Notes: generated by a model not told the origin, from the sequence alone. Shown: positions 10,084 through 19,357, counted from the stretch's first letter. The stretch: DNA of 64,000 nucleotides from a bacterium (GCA_021781215.1 JAJXXC010000008.1:6965-70964); one strand, 5' to 3'. Numbers and translations: made by a program.

Positions 10084-11040
10084 GTGACTAAAATAATGTT
10101 AGTCGAAGACGACAACAACTTAAGAGAGATTTATCAAGCCCGTCTAAATAGTGAAGGCTATGAAACCGTTACGGCTTCTGATGGAGAGGAAGCTTTATCT
10201 ATCGTTGGTCGCGAAAAACCTGATCTAATTATCCTTGATGTTATGATGCCTAAGATTAGTGGTTTCGATACCCTAGACCTACTTAAAAACTCGCCCGTGA
10301 CTAAAGATATTAAAGTAATAATGATGACTGCATTGTCTCAAGCCGAAGATAGAGCCAGGGCTGAAAAGCTTGGTGCCCAAAATTATCTTGTAAAATCTCA
10401 AGTAACACTTGAGGATATCGTTAAGGCTGTAAAGGATGCTATAAGTGGCGTAGACGCTTACTCTGCGGAGGCGCCATCAAATTCAGCACAAGCTACAACT
10501 ACTTCGGTTTTTAATTCAGCACCAGTTGAGCAACCGGTTCCAACAACCAATGATTCAATGGTCACACCAACAGCCGAGCCATCACTAACCGAGCCACAAC
10601 CAAGCGAGATGGTTTCTCCTCAGATTCCATCAGAAGCTCCAATAGAAAACCCCGTAGTTAACCCTACGGATGCAATGAATGTTGAGCATGTAGATAATCC
10701 TATGGCTCAACAAGAAACAGCTCCAGATAATATGGCTACAGCTGTAGATTTCAATTCAGCACCAATTGAGCAACCGGCTCCAGTAACCAATGAGGCGATG
10801 GTCGCGCCAATAGCCGAGCCATCATTGCCTGAAGCGCAGCCAGCTGAAATGTTTTCTCCTCCAGCTCCAATAGAAACCCCAATAGTAAACCCTACTGACG
10901 CTATGAATGTTGAGCATGTAGATAATCCTATGACTCCACAAGAAGCTACGACTCCAGATAATATTACAGCCCCGCTAAATACCGACTCAAACCAACCAAT
11001 TGCTCAATCCGAGCAAATCAACACTAATACTCAGATTTAA
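10084..11040 (+). CDS. Response regulator: receiver domain plus long low-complexity repeat tail
   Basis: LVEDD, LIILDVMMP (phospho-Asp), YLVK; Pro/Glu/Ala/Thr-rich tail with no output domain. Confidence 0.9.
   Translation: MTKIMLVEDDNNLREIYQARLNSEGYETVTASDGEEALSIVGREKPDLIILDVMMPKISGFDTLDLLKNSPVTKDIKVIMMTALSQAEDRARAEKLGAQNYLVKSQVTLEDIVKAVKDAISGVDAYSAEAPSNSAQATTTSVFNSAPVEQPVPTTNDSMVTPTAEPSLTEPQPSEMVSPQIPSEAPIENPVVNPTDAMNVEHVDNPMAQQETAPDNMATAVDFNSAPIEQPAPVTNEAMVAPIAEPSLPEAQPAEMFSPPAPIETPIVNPTDAMNVEHVDNPMTPQEATTPDNITAPLNTDSNQPIAQSEQINTNTQI
10510..10971 (+). repeat. Two imperfect tandem copies of a 240-bp (~80 aa) intragenic repeat
   Basis: FNSAP(V/I)EQP...VNPTDAMNVEHVDNPM starts at 10510 and again at 10750. 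Confidence 0.9.
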
Positions 11041-11051
11041 GACATATATCG

Positions 11052-11708
11052 ATGCGTATTAATCAATTCGTAGCCCAAGCTACAGGTTTAAGCCGTCGAA
11101 AATCAGATAAAATAATTAAAGATGGGCGTGTAACAGTTAATGGCTTGCTGGCCTATCTAGGTCAACAAGTTGAACCTAAGGATATTATTAATTACGACTC
11201 CCAGACTCTTAAGCTAGCAAAAAACCATGTAACCTTATTATTAAATAAGCCAATCGATTATGTGTGCTCTAGGGATGGCCAGGGCAGTAAGACTATTTAT
11301 GAGTTGATACCAGATAGTTATAGAAAGCTAAAGTCCGTTGGTAGACTCGACAAGGATTCGTCGGGATTAATTGTATTAACAGACGACGGACAACTCGCTC
11401 AAAAATTATCTCACCCAAGTTTCAATAAACAAAAAATTTACGAAGTTAAACTGAATAGAGAATTAACTACTGGAGAGATAGATCAGCTACAAAACGGTCA
11501 GATCAGATTAGATAAAAAACCCAGTATTCTTAAAATTAAAAAAATAAAAAACAGATTATACCTAATTACTATATCTGAAGGCAGAAATCGTCAAATTAGA
11601 CGTACTTTTGATAAATTAAATATTCTGGTGACCGAGCTAAATCGCATTCAATTTGGGTCATATAAACTCAAGGATCTAAAGGGCAGGAATTGGATTAAAC
11701 TGAACTAA
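11052..11708 (+). CDS. RsuA/RluB-family rRNA pseudouridine synthase
   Basis: S4 domain (SRRK.D), LNKP, VGRLDKDSSGL, EGRNRQIRR. Confidence 0.92.
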   Translation: MRINQFVAQATGLSRRKSDKIIKDGRVTVNGLLAYLGQQVEPKDIINYDSQTLKLAKNHVTLLLNKPIDYVCSRDGQGSKTIYELIPDSYRKLKSVGRLDKDSSGLIVLTDDGQLAQKLSHPSFNKQKIYEVKLNRELTTGEIDQLQNGQIRLDKKPSILKIKKIKNRLYLITISEGRNRQIRRTFDKLNILVTELNRIQFGSYKLKDLKGRNWIKLN

Positions 11709-11788
11709 ACCAAAAATAGCAAATACAATAGTTTTATGATATAATATAGCATAAATACAGTTTGTTAAAGAAAGAAAAATATACTTAA

Positions 11789-13150
11789 ATGAAAAAACTA
11801 CCAATTATAGCTATTGTAGGAAGAGCAAATGTGGGAAAATCCAGTATCTTCAACACGCTACTTAGGACTCGTGAGGCAATTGTTGCTAAAGAAGCGGGCA
11901 CTACCAGAGATTCAATCATGGGTAAGGTGAGCTACGGTAATCAAGATTTTTGGATAGTTGATACAGCCGGGATGAAGGATGCGGCTGACGACTTCGAGGC
12001 AACTATCCAAGAGCAAATTACACAAGCCGTTGATAGCGCTGAAGTAATTTGTGTAGTAATTGAGGCTGACACTATTCTTACTAACGAGGATAGAAAAGTT
12101 GCTCAACTGGCACTTAAGAGTAAGAAACCCATAGTCCTAATCGTGAATAAGGTAGACAAGGTTAAAAACTTTGAAGTGTCTGATTATCAAAAATTAGGAA
12201 TCAAAACTATACTCCCAACTAGTGCGACTCAAACAAGAGGATTTGACGCTCTTTTAGAAGAATTAACTAATCTAATACCGAAAACTAAAGACCGAGACAA
12301 TGATGATATTATTCGTTTAGCAATAGTTGGACGACCCAACGTTGGAAAATCACAGCTGTTTAACACTCTCCTGAAAAAACAACAGGCTGTAGTAGCTGAT
12401 CGTGCCGGTACCACTAGAGATGTAAATAAAATATCAATTAGATTCGAAAACAAACAAATCCAATTAATGGACACGGCCGGCATTAGACGAAGCGGCAAAA
12501 TCGGTCAGGGAATCGAACATTTCAGCGTCATTAGGACCTTAGCTGCTATTGAAAGTTCAGATATTTGTTTACTATTAATTGACGTAAATGAACTTAGCGT
12601 AGCATTAGATCAAAAAATAGCAGGCATGGTCAAGGATGCAAATAAGGGGCTCATTATAGTAGTTAGTAAGTGGGATAGCCTGGATGAAAAAACGCCATAT
12701 ATACATGATGAGTTAATCCCAAGGATAAGACACGAGTACCAGTTCGTACCATGGGCTCCGGTAGTATTTACGAGTGCCATAACCGGACAGAATGTGACTA
12801 AGCTACTCTCTCTAAGTCTAGAGATTTTTACCTCAAGAAACAGAAAAATTAAAACTAGTGAATTAAATAAATGGCTGAGGGATGCTTTGGCTAAACACCC
12901 GCCTGCAGGACTTAAGAATACCAATCCAAAATTAAACTACATGCTCCAAGAAGATGATAATAGTAGTCCAAACTTTAAGATCTACGGTTCTCACACTAGG
13001 TATCTGCACTGGAGTTATAAACGATTCCTTGAAAGAGAGTTGCGAGAAAAATACGATTTTGCAGGTACGGCAATTAAATTATGGTTCTTTGAAAAACATA
13101 TTGATAGAATAAAAAAACCTATAAAATTACCTCCATACAGGAAATCATAA
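11789..13150 (+). CDS. der: Ribosome biogenesis GTPase Der (EngA)
   Basis: Two G domains (GRANVGKS, GRPNVGKS; GTTRD; DTAG) and KH-like C-terminus. Confidence 0.97.
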   Translation: MKKLPIIAIVGRANVGKSSIFNTLLRTREAIVAKEAGTTRDSIMGKVSYGNQDFWIVDTAGMKDAADDFEATIQEQITQAVDSAEVICVVIEADTILTNEDRKVAQLALKSKKPIVLIVNKVDKVKNFEVSDYQKLGIKTILPTSATQTRGFDALLEELTNLIPKTKDRDNDDIIRLAIVGRPNVGKSQLFNTLLKKQQAVVADRAGTTRDVNKISIRFENKQIQLMDTAGIRRSGKIGQGIEHFSVIRTLAAIESSDICLLLIDVNELSVALDQKIAGMVKDANKGLIIVVSKWDSLDEKTPYIHDELIPRIRHEYQFVPWAPVVFTSAITGQNVTKLLSLSLEIFTSRNRKIKTSELNKWLRDALAKHPPAGLKNTNPKLNYMLQEDDNSSPNFKIYGSHTRYLHWSYKRFLERELREKYDFAGTAIKLWFFEKHIDRIKKPIKLPPYRKS

Positions 13151-13151
13151 T

Positions 13152-13790
13152 ATGGGTCTATTTGTTAATAAACCACTGCCCAGTGACAATAAATACTTCT
13201 ACACTTTGGGACAAACTAAGACCGTGCTTATCGTTGGACTAGGAAATATCGGTAAAGAATTTAACCATACGAGGCACAATATTGGCTTTGATTGCTTGGA
13301 TTTTTTTCTTGGAAAAAACACCCAAATGAGCCAATGGATAGAAAAAAAGAACCTTAAATGTCATGTTAGTATGGGTCAATTTGGTGACACTCGAACAATA
13401 GCAATAAAGCCAACGACATATATGAATCTAAGTGGAGAATCGGTTGAGTTGGTATTAAATTTTTATAAGATAAGACCTGAAGATATTTTAGTAGTCCACG
13501 ATGAGTTAGATATAGATTTTGGACATATAAGGCTTAGACTTGGTGGTAGTAGCGCAGGGAATAATGGCGTCCAGTCAGTTATAGATAAAATAGGTGATAA
13601 TTTTAATAGAATTAGGATAGGTATTGGTCCTAAAAACAGCAAAATACCAGCCGATAAATTTGTTATAGCTAGATTTAATAAAGACGAAGATTTAAGTATT
13701 CAAGAGCTTAAAAAAGAAGTGCAGTCAATTATTACTGAATTTATATATGGTGGAAAAATAAACCAAGAAACTAGATCTTTTTTGTCATAA
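13152..13790 (+). CDS. pth: Peptidyl-tRNA hydrolase
   Basis: IVGLGN, TRHNIGF, KPTTYMNLSG, VHDELD, AGNNG. Confidence 0.95.
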   Translation: MGLFVNKPLPSDNKYFYTLGQTKTVLIVGLGNIGKEFNHTRHNIGFDCLDFFLGKNTQMSQWIEKKNLKCHVSMGQFGDTRTIAIKPTTYMNLSGESVELVLNFYKIRPEDILVVHDELDIDFGHIRLRLGGSSAGNNGVQSVIDKIGDNFNRIRIGIGPKNSKIPADKFVIARFNKDEDLSIQELKKEVQSIITEFIYGGKINQETRSFLS

Positions 13791-13833
13791 AAAAAACGAA
13801 CCTACAGAGGGGGTGGGCACCGCTGTAGGTTCG
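13789..13833 (-). terminator. Intrinsic terminator (minus strand)
   Basis: Perfect 11-bp stem CGAACCTACAG/CTGTAGGTTCG (13797-13807/13823-13833) followed on the minus strand by U8. Confidence 0.8.
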
Positions 13834-14149
13834 ATTATACCCTTCAACCCACCTGAGTGAAGCGTCAAATACCTTAATCCATAATGGTAATGCGCCGACC
13901 GTTAAAAGTCGTTTTGGAAGACTCACTGACCCACCAAAAGGGTCCAAGCCATCATATAAATATGACAGAGAGGAGTGTTAAAGGGGTTAGTATGCTTTAG
14001 AGCGCATATTAGCTCAAAATAAATTTGAGCAGACGCACATTAGATAGTGGAGGGTAACAACTTACTTATGGCACGCTCTAAAACAATCTAACTATAATAG
14101 TTAGAATAGGGGTATAAGGTACATAAGTCATGAATATCATGCTTACAGG
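13789..14149 (-). ncRNA. Candidate ~360-nt structured ncRNA of unrecognised family
   Basis: Consensus promoter at 14155-14183, many stems, terminator at 13789-13833, no long ORF. Confidence 0.6.
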
Positions 14150-14154
14150 TTGCC

Positions 14155-14183
14155 ATTTTAGCAAATATATGTTTTGCTGTCAA
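14155..14183 (-). promoter_or_regulatory. sigma70-type promoter firing into the pth-topA intergenic region
   Basis: Minus strand TTGACA-17nt-TAAAAT; a second TTGACA 30 bp upstream (14208-14213). Confidence 0.75.
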
Positions 14184-14327
14184 TACTATTTAAGCAATGC
14201 GTATTATTGTCAAATTTCTTATGCTTGTAGTAAAATATGTTATACCAGGCAACCTAGATAGAGCTTGCATAAAACCAAGCAGTCCAGTAATCTTACAGTT
14301 TGGATATATAAATTAATTAAGGATTAA

Positions 14328-16613
14328 ATGAGCAAGCAACTAGTTATTGTAGAGAGTCCTGCAAAGGCAAAAACCATAGAAAAATACTTAGGCAGCTCCT
14401 ACCAAGTGATGAGTAGTTTTGGCCATATTCGTGATTTACCAAAGAAACATTTAAACATAGACGTTAATGATAATTTTAAACCCACCTATGAAGTTAGTGA
14501 TGATAAGAAAAAAGTCGTTTCGGCCCTAAAAAAAGCTGCGAAAGAATCAGAACAGGTATGGCTAGCTAGTGATGAGGATAGGGAAGGAGAAGCAATAGCT
14601 TGGCACTTATGCTATGCACTAGGTCTAGATCCTAAAACTACAAAACGAATTGTATTCCATGAGATAACTAAATCAGCTATAACCGAAGCTATTAAGCACC
14701 CTAGGGTTATAGATATTAATCTAGTAGACGCTCAACAGGCCAGAAGAATACTTGATAGGCTCGTTGGCTATGAGCTAAGTCCGGTGCTTTGGAAAAAAGT
14801 CAGACCACAGCTTAGTGCCGGAAGAGTCCAATCAGTAGCAGTAAGACTGATTGTTGAAAGAGAAAGAGAAATAAATTCTTTTACACCAACGAGTGAGTAT
14901 AGAGTAAACGCACAATTTAAACTAGAAGACACTCAGCTACCCGCAGAGCTAAATACTAGATTTAAAAATCTAGAAGAGACTAAAGAATTTTTAGAGGGCT
15001 GTATAGGTTCTAAGTTTACGGTTTCAAAAATAGACGACAAGCCCGGTAAGCGAACACCAGGAGTGCCATTTACAACCAGCACGCTACAACAAGAGGCGTC
15101 TAGGGCACTTGGTTTCAGTGTTAGACAAACAATGACTCTAGCCCAAAAACTATATGAGAACGGTATTATCACATATATGAGGACTGACTCCCCAACACTA
15201 TCCGAACAATCTCTCGGCAATATTAAAGATTATGTAATTAACACTTTTGGACAAGATTATTATCACAGAAGACAATTCAAATCTAAACACTCGAGTGCTC
15301 AAGAAGCCCATGAAGCAATCAGACCAACTGATCTAAGTATTGATAAAGTACAGGACGAAGGACAGAATAGATTATACAATTTGATCTGGAGAAGAACCGT
15401 TGCAAGCCAGATGGCAGAAGCCAAATTAGCAAAAACTGAAATTACCGTTACTGTAGACAAAAGAAAAGAACTATTTTTAGCCAAGGGCGAAGTTGTGATA
15501 TTCGATGGTTTTCTAAAAGTATCGGGCAGAGCAACAAAAGACATCTTATTACCGAAGTTATCTGAAGGACAAAACCTAGACTATGATCAAATAATTGGGA
15601 GGCAAAATTTCTCCAAACCCAAGCCAAGATACTCTGAAGCAAGTTTAGTTAAAAAATTAGAAGAGCTCGGTATCGGCAGGCCAAGTACATATGCACCAAC
15701 TATTTCAACCATCCAAAACAGAGGATATGTTGAAAAAACAGATTTAGAAGGCAAGGAACGGCCAGTAGAAACAATAACCCTGTCCAACGATTCACTCTCC
15801 GAAACTGTTGAATTAGAAAACTACGGACAAGATAAATCTAAATTATTACCCACCCCAACAGCCGACGTTACGACCGACTTTCTGATGAAAAACTTTGGAT
15901 CAATTGTAGATTACGATTTTACGGCTAAGGCTGAGAAAGATTTCGATCTCGTAGCTGAAGGCAAAGAAAAATGGCAAGCGATGCTACAAAAATTCTATTC
16001 TGACTTTCATGAATTAGTAATTAAATCCGATAGCGTAACTAGGGAAGAGAGCACACAAACTAGACTAGTGGGCAAGGATCCAAAATCCGGAGAACAGATT
16101 TTTGCTAGGTATGGTAGGTTTGGCCCAATGTTACAAAAAGGTGACGCAGCGGATGAAGATAAAAAACCGGCATTTGCTTCATTGCCCAAAGATACTACTA
16201 TCGAAAGCGTAACCCTCGAACAGGCACTGGAGATGTTTAGCCTGCCAAGAATTGTCGGCAAAACGGATGACGGGCAAGAAATCACTGCCAACATCGGACG
16301 TTTTGGCCCATATATTAAAATCGACAAAACTTTTATATCTATAAAACCCCTAGATCCCTTATCTATAACCGAAGCAGAGGCAAGAACATACTATCTAGAA
16401 AATAAAGAAAAATTATCCAAGAAATATATAAAAGAATTTGATAGTGGCATTAAAATTGTTAATGGGCCCTACGGACCCTACGTAACAGATGGAAAGAAAA
16501 ACGGAAAAATACCTAAGGATACAGACGAAAATAAATTAACTGAGGCGGAAGCCAAGGAAATACTTGCAAAAGCACCAGCCAAAAAAAGATCTTTTAGAAG
16601 AAAGAAAAAATAA
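14328..16613 (+). CDS. topA: DNA topoisomerase I
   Basis: IVESPAKAKTI, DEDREGE, SAGRVQS, ITYMRTDS (catalytic Tyr), C-terminal GRFGP-type repeats and basic tail. Confidence 0.98.
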   Translation: MSKQLVIVESPAKAKTIEKYLGSSYQVMSSFGHIRDLPKKHLNIDVNDNFKPTYEVSDDKKKVVSALKKAAKESEQVWLASDEDREGEAIAWHLCYALGLDPKTTKRIVFHEITKSAITEAIKHPRVIDINLVDAQQARRILDRLVGYELSPVLWKKVRPQLSAGRVQSVAVRLIVEREREINSFTPTSEYRVNAQFKLEDTQLPAELNTRFKNLEETKEFLEGCIGSKFTVSKIDDKPGKRTPGVPFTTSTLQQEASRALGFSVRQTMTLAQKLYENGIITYMRTDSPTLSEQSLGNIKDYVINTFGQDYYHRRQFKSKHSSAQEAHEAIRPTDLSIDKVQDEGQNRLYNLIWRRTVASQMAEAKLAKTEITVTVDKRKELFLAKGEVVIFDGFLKVSGRATKDILLPKLSEGQNLDYDQIIGRQNFSKPKPRYSEASLVKKLEELGIGRPSTYAPTISTIQNRGYVEKTDLEGKERPVETITLSNDSLSETVELENYGQDKSKLLPTPTADVTTDFLMKNFGSIVDYDFTAKAEKDFDLVAEGKEKWQAMLQKFYSDFHELVIKSDSVTREESTQTRLVGKDPKSGEQIFARYGRFGPMLQKGDAADEDKKPAFASLPKDTTIESVTLEQALEMFSLPRIVGKTDDGQEITANIGRFGPYIKIDKTFISIKPLDPLSITEAEARTYYLENKEKLSKKYIKEFDSGIKIVNGPYGPYVTDGKKNGKIPKDTDENKLTEAEAKEILAKAPAKKRSFRRKKK

Positions 16614-16730
16614 AAATAACTTCATAACAAAACCACCATTTAAAATAATAATGTTATAGAAGTATTGTATTCACATATTTTGTGTTTTTATGTCTATTTA
16701 ATGTTACAATAGTATTAAGATACTTTAGTA

Positions 16731-16759
16731 TTGACTTAGAGGGAAATTTATTATAAAAT
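16731..16759 (+). promoter_or_regulatory. sigma70-type promoter
   Basis: TTGACT-17nt-TAAAAT; short hairpin AGAGCA/TGCTCT and GGAG SD before ATG 16789. Confidence 0.7.
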
Positions 16760-16788
16760 AAGAGCAATGAACTGCTCTGGAGATAATA

Positions 16789-17835
16789 ATGAACGATAAA
16801 ACAATCCTGGTGGATATAACTAAAACAGTTAACGATATCTTGGGATCAATAGAACATGAGCGAGAAAGAGAAATAATCTCTAGGCGCTTTGGTCTATTTG
16901 ATAGAAAAGAAACCTTAGAGCAAATTGGTGAATTACTTGGAATTACTCGAGAAAGAGTCAGACAGTTAGAAAAAGTAATTCTAACTAGATTAAAGTTGTC
17001 CGCAAAAGAAGGGAAGCTTAGTGGTATTAATGAGCTTCAGAGTATATTAAAAGAAACAATCAATGATCATGGTGGAATTATGAGAGTAAGTGAGCTTGGT
17101 CTTTATCTGACTAAAGCAAACTCAAAGATTGACCAAGCTCAGGTATATTTCGTTTCAGAGATGTGCCCTGATCTCATAGTTATTCCTGACAGCGATATTT
17201 TTTATCAAAGCATTGGAATATTAGCAATGCATGATGCAGCTGAAATTAAAAAACTAGTAGATATGATTACTGCTACTATTAAAAAAATTGGGGTTCAGAC
17301 AAGTATAGAGAAGGTGACTAGCGAGTTTGGTAGTGATTTAGGAACCCAAAGGATTAGAGCCCTAGCTAGTATATCTAAACAACTTGCAACCTTAAATGGC
17401 AAATGGGGACTAATTAAATGGCCTACAGTGAATCCTAAGAACATTAGAGATAAAATATACGTTATTCTAAAAGAAGAAGAATCTCCGCTACATTTCAATA
17501 AAATTTCTGAAGCTATTAAGAAATCAAGTTTTAAGCGAAAAGATGTTACAACCCAAGCCATACACAATGAATTGATAAAAGATAAGCGTTTTGTATTAAT
17601 TGGTCGCGGTATATACGCATTAAAAGAATGGGGTTACGAAAAAGGAACCGTAGCAGATATAATTGCGAATGTATTAAGAAAAGCCAACAAACCCCTACAT
17701 AGAGATGAAATTATTAAAGAAGTTCTAAAGAGTCGTTTTGTGAAAGAAACTACTATTTTACTTAATCTCCAGGGTAAATCTCAATTCAAGAGAGTTGCAA
17801 AAGCCACATACAATTTAGATGAGTCGGTTAATTAA
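16789..17835 (+). CDS. Sigma70 region-4 HTH fused to C-terminal winged-helix (HARE-HTH/RNAP delta-like) domains
   Basis: RFGL..ETLEQIGELLGITRERVRQLE (sigma r4); IHNELIKDKRFVLIGRGIYALKEWG (HARE-HTH-like). Confidence 0.8.
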   Translation: MNDKTILVDITKTVNDILGSIEHEREREIISRRFGLFDRKETLEQIGELLGITRERVRQLEKVILTRLKLSAKEGKLSGINELQSILKETINDHGGIMRVSELGLYLTKANSKIDQAQVYFVSEMCPDLIVIPDSDIFYQSIGILAMHDAAEIKKLVDMITATIKKIGVQTSIEKVTSEFGSDLGTQRIRALASISKQLATLNGKWGLIKWPTVNPKNIRDKIYVILKEEESPLHFNKISEAIKKSSFKRKDVTTQAIHNELIKDKRFVLIGRGIYALKEWGYEKGTVADIIANVLRKANKPLHRDEIIKEVLKSRFVKETTILLNLQGKSQFKRVAKATYNLDESVN

Positions 17836-17986
17836 AAACTACCACTGTTTCGCATCTGTTAATTAGATTATACACAACAAGAACATTTTACGAACAATAT
17901 ATAAAGTTCAGTATGAACAGTGGTGAATGATAATATAGCCTAAATATTTGAAATAAGTTAAATAAATATATAGCTAGCAGGGACAT

Positions 17987-18042
17987 AAAAAAAATAAACA
18001 CGCCTAAAAAATACTGGTTTAAAGTTGGAGCAGGGCGTGTTT
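17987..18042 (-). terminator. Probable intrinsic terminator (minus strand, large loop)
   Basis: AAACACGCC/GGCGTGTTT stem followed on the minus strand by a U-run. Confidence 0.55.
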
Positions 18043-18068
18043 CCATTCAATAGATCAATATAGATTTC

Positions 18069-18096
18069 ATGTCGCACAATGTACCTTTTGCGACGC
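18069..18096. other. dif-like (Xer recombination) site candidate
   Basis: ATGTCGCACAA-TGTACC-TTTTGCGACGC: 11-6-11 layout, near-palindromic, resembling the E. coli dif XerC arm and spacer (GGTGCGCATAA-TGTATA). Confidence 0.4.
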
Positions 18097-18473
18097 GCTA
18101 TATTAATTTATAGTTGTCTTGTTACTCATCCCTTACAGGGGATTAGCAAGCATAATGATTGATATTGTATCAACTTTATATTACTTAGATAAATCAGATA
18201 CACTGCATTACATCTCTAACATACATATTTATATTTCTTCTATACTACCTAGCGTTAAATTATAATATTTGACACTATACTAAAAATGTTATATTTGACT
18301 TTTCCACAGCTTGTTGACTTATATGTTTTTTTATACTGCCCTACCTTTTTTATATATTATCAAAAAAAGTACTCAATTTATATTTTTGCATGTACTTATT
18401 ATTACATGTATAAATATAATAATTTTATTACACTGAACATTTTACGAACACGTGGGGGATGATAGTGGGGCGT

Positions 18474-19355
18474 TCACTTATAAAAAGCTTTTCCGGTAAC
18501 TCGTAAATCGATATACTGTGTCGGCATCGGTAGATTATTTGTTTTTAGATACTTTAGCGTCGCTAGATACGTCCCTACCTGATAGTTTGAGCTATCCAAT
18601 AGATTATATTTTGCTATAAAACCCTCCCCCCTACTCTGCACATCTATTTCGAACGGTAAGTTGGGCAATACTATATCTTGAATTGTTATTCCTTTTTTTG
18701 AATACTGGTAGATTACATTTTTAATAAACGTTACCGAATTAGTTGATATAAAACTCTTACCTAATGAAACTCTCGAATTACTCCGATCTATTAAAGTCAC
18801 TAATTTCGTCGAATTCATCTGTTTTAAAGAATTAAACTTTATAACAGCGACTCCCTGGTCGTTTAACATGTAATATCCGGTAGAGTTTTCAAGATTTAGC
18901 GCAGGTTCAGACACTTTTAGCACCAGGTTTAACTTGTGTCCATAAATCGGTATTATAACTGTTACGGAACTAAATTCGGGATAATCTGACTTAAACTGTC
19001 TAGCTACGCTATTAGAGTTAATGGTAAATTTACTTTTATTTAAGATAGATTTATCGAGTATCGATTTGATTGTTTGCTGATATTGGGCTTTACTATGTAT
19101 GAACTTTATACCATTTGTATTGCCCCTAATAATGATTTGAGGATTACTATTTAGCGTAGTTATGTAAAACAGAGTTGCTACTATAACAATGAACGAAACA
19201 ATCGCTGGTAATTGTTTTAAAAAATTTAGATTTTTAGGATTTTTCTTCTTATTGTGAGCTTTTATTTGTGAATGATACGTGAACTTATGAGTTGATAAAT
19301 TATCAATCGGGTCCATTTTTCTTACGTTAGTTTTATTGGATTTTAATTTGATCAT
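18474..19355 (-). CDS. ftsQ: FtsQ/DivIB-like cell division protein
   Basis: Single TM, POTRA-like region, C-terminal YIDLRV..KAFYK; follows murG. Confidence 0.7.
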   Translation of the reverse strand: MIKLKSNKTNVRKMDPIDNLSTHKFTYHSQIKAHNKKKNPKNLNFLKQLPAIVSFIVIVATLFYITTLNSNPQIIIRGNTNGIKFIHSKAQYQQTIKSILDKSILNKSKFTINSNSVARQFKSDYPEFSSVTVIIPIYGHKLNLVLKVSEPALNLENSTGYYMLNDQGVAVIKFNSLKQMNSTKLVTLIDRSNSRVSLGKSFISTNSVTFIKNVIYQYSKKGITIQDIVLPNLPFEIDVQSRGEGFIAKYNLLDSSNYQVGTYLATLKYLKTNNLPMPTQYIDLRVTGKAFYK

Positions 19356-19357
19356 TT

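Larger units (their letters stand above)
17881..18450. repeat. 16-bp perfect direct repeat GAACATTTTACGAACA at 17881-17896 and 18435-18450
   Basis: Seen directly in the sequence. Confidence 0.85.

Noticed and set aside
13789..14149. Identity as tmRNA, RNase P RNA, SRP RNA or 6S RNA
   Set aside because: No tRNA-like ends, no GAGGAAAGUCC-type motif, no SRP domain IV, not a single long rod; a very divergent homologue cannot be excluded without Infernal
14130..14261. 43-aa Cys/Tyr-rich ORF on the + strand upstream of topA
   Set aside because: Overlaps promoter elements; composition is typical of translated AT-rich non-coding DNA
17836..18473. Replication origin (AT-rich; DnaA-box-like TTATACACA near 17868 and TTTTCCACA near 18300)
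   Set aside because: Only two scattered boxes, flanking genes converge rather than diverge, and no dnaA/dnaN nearby
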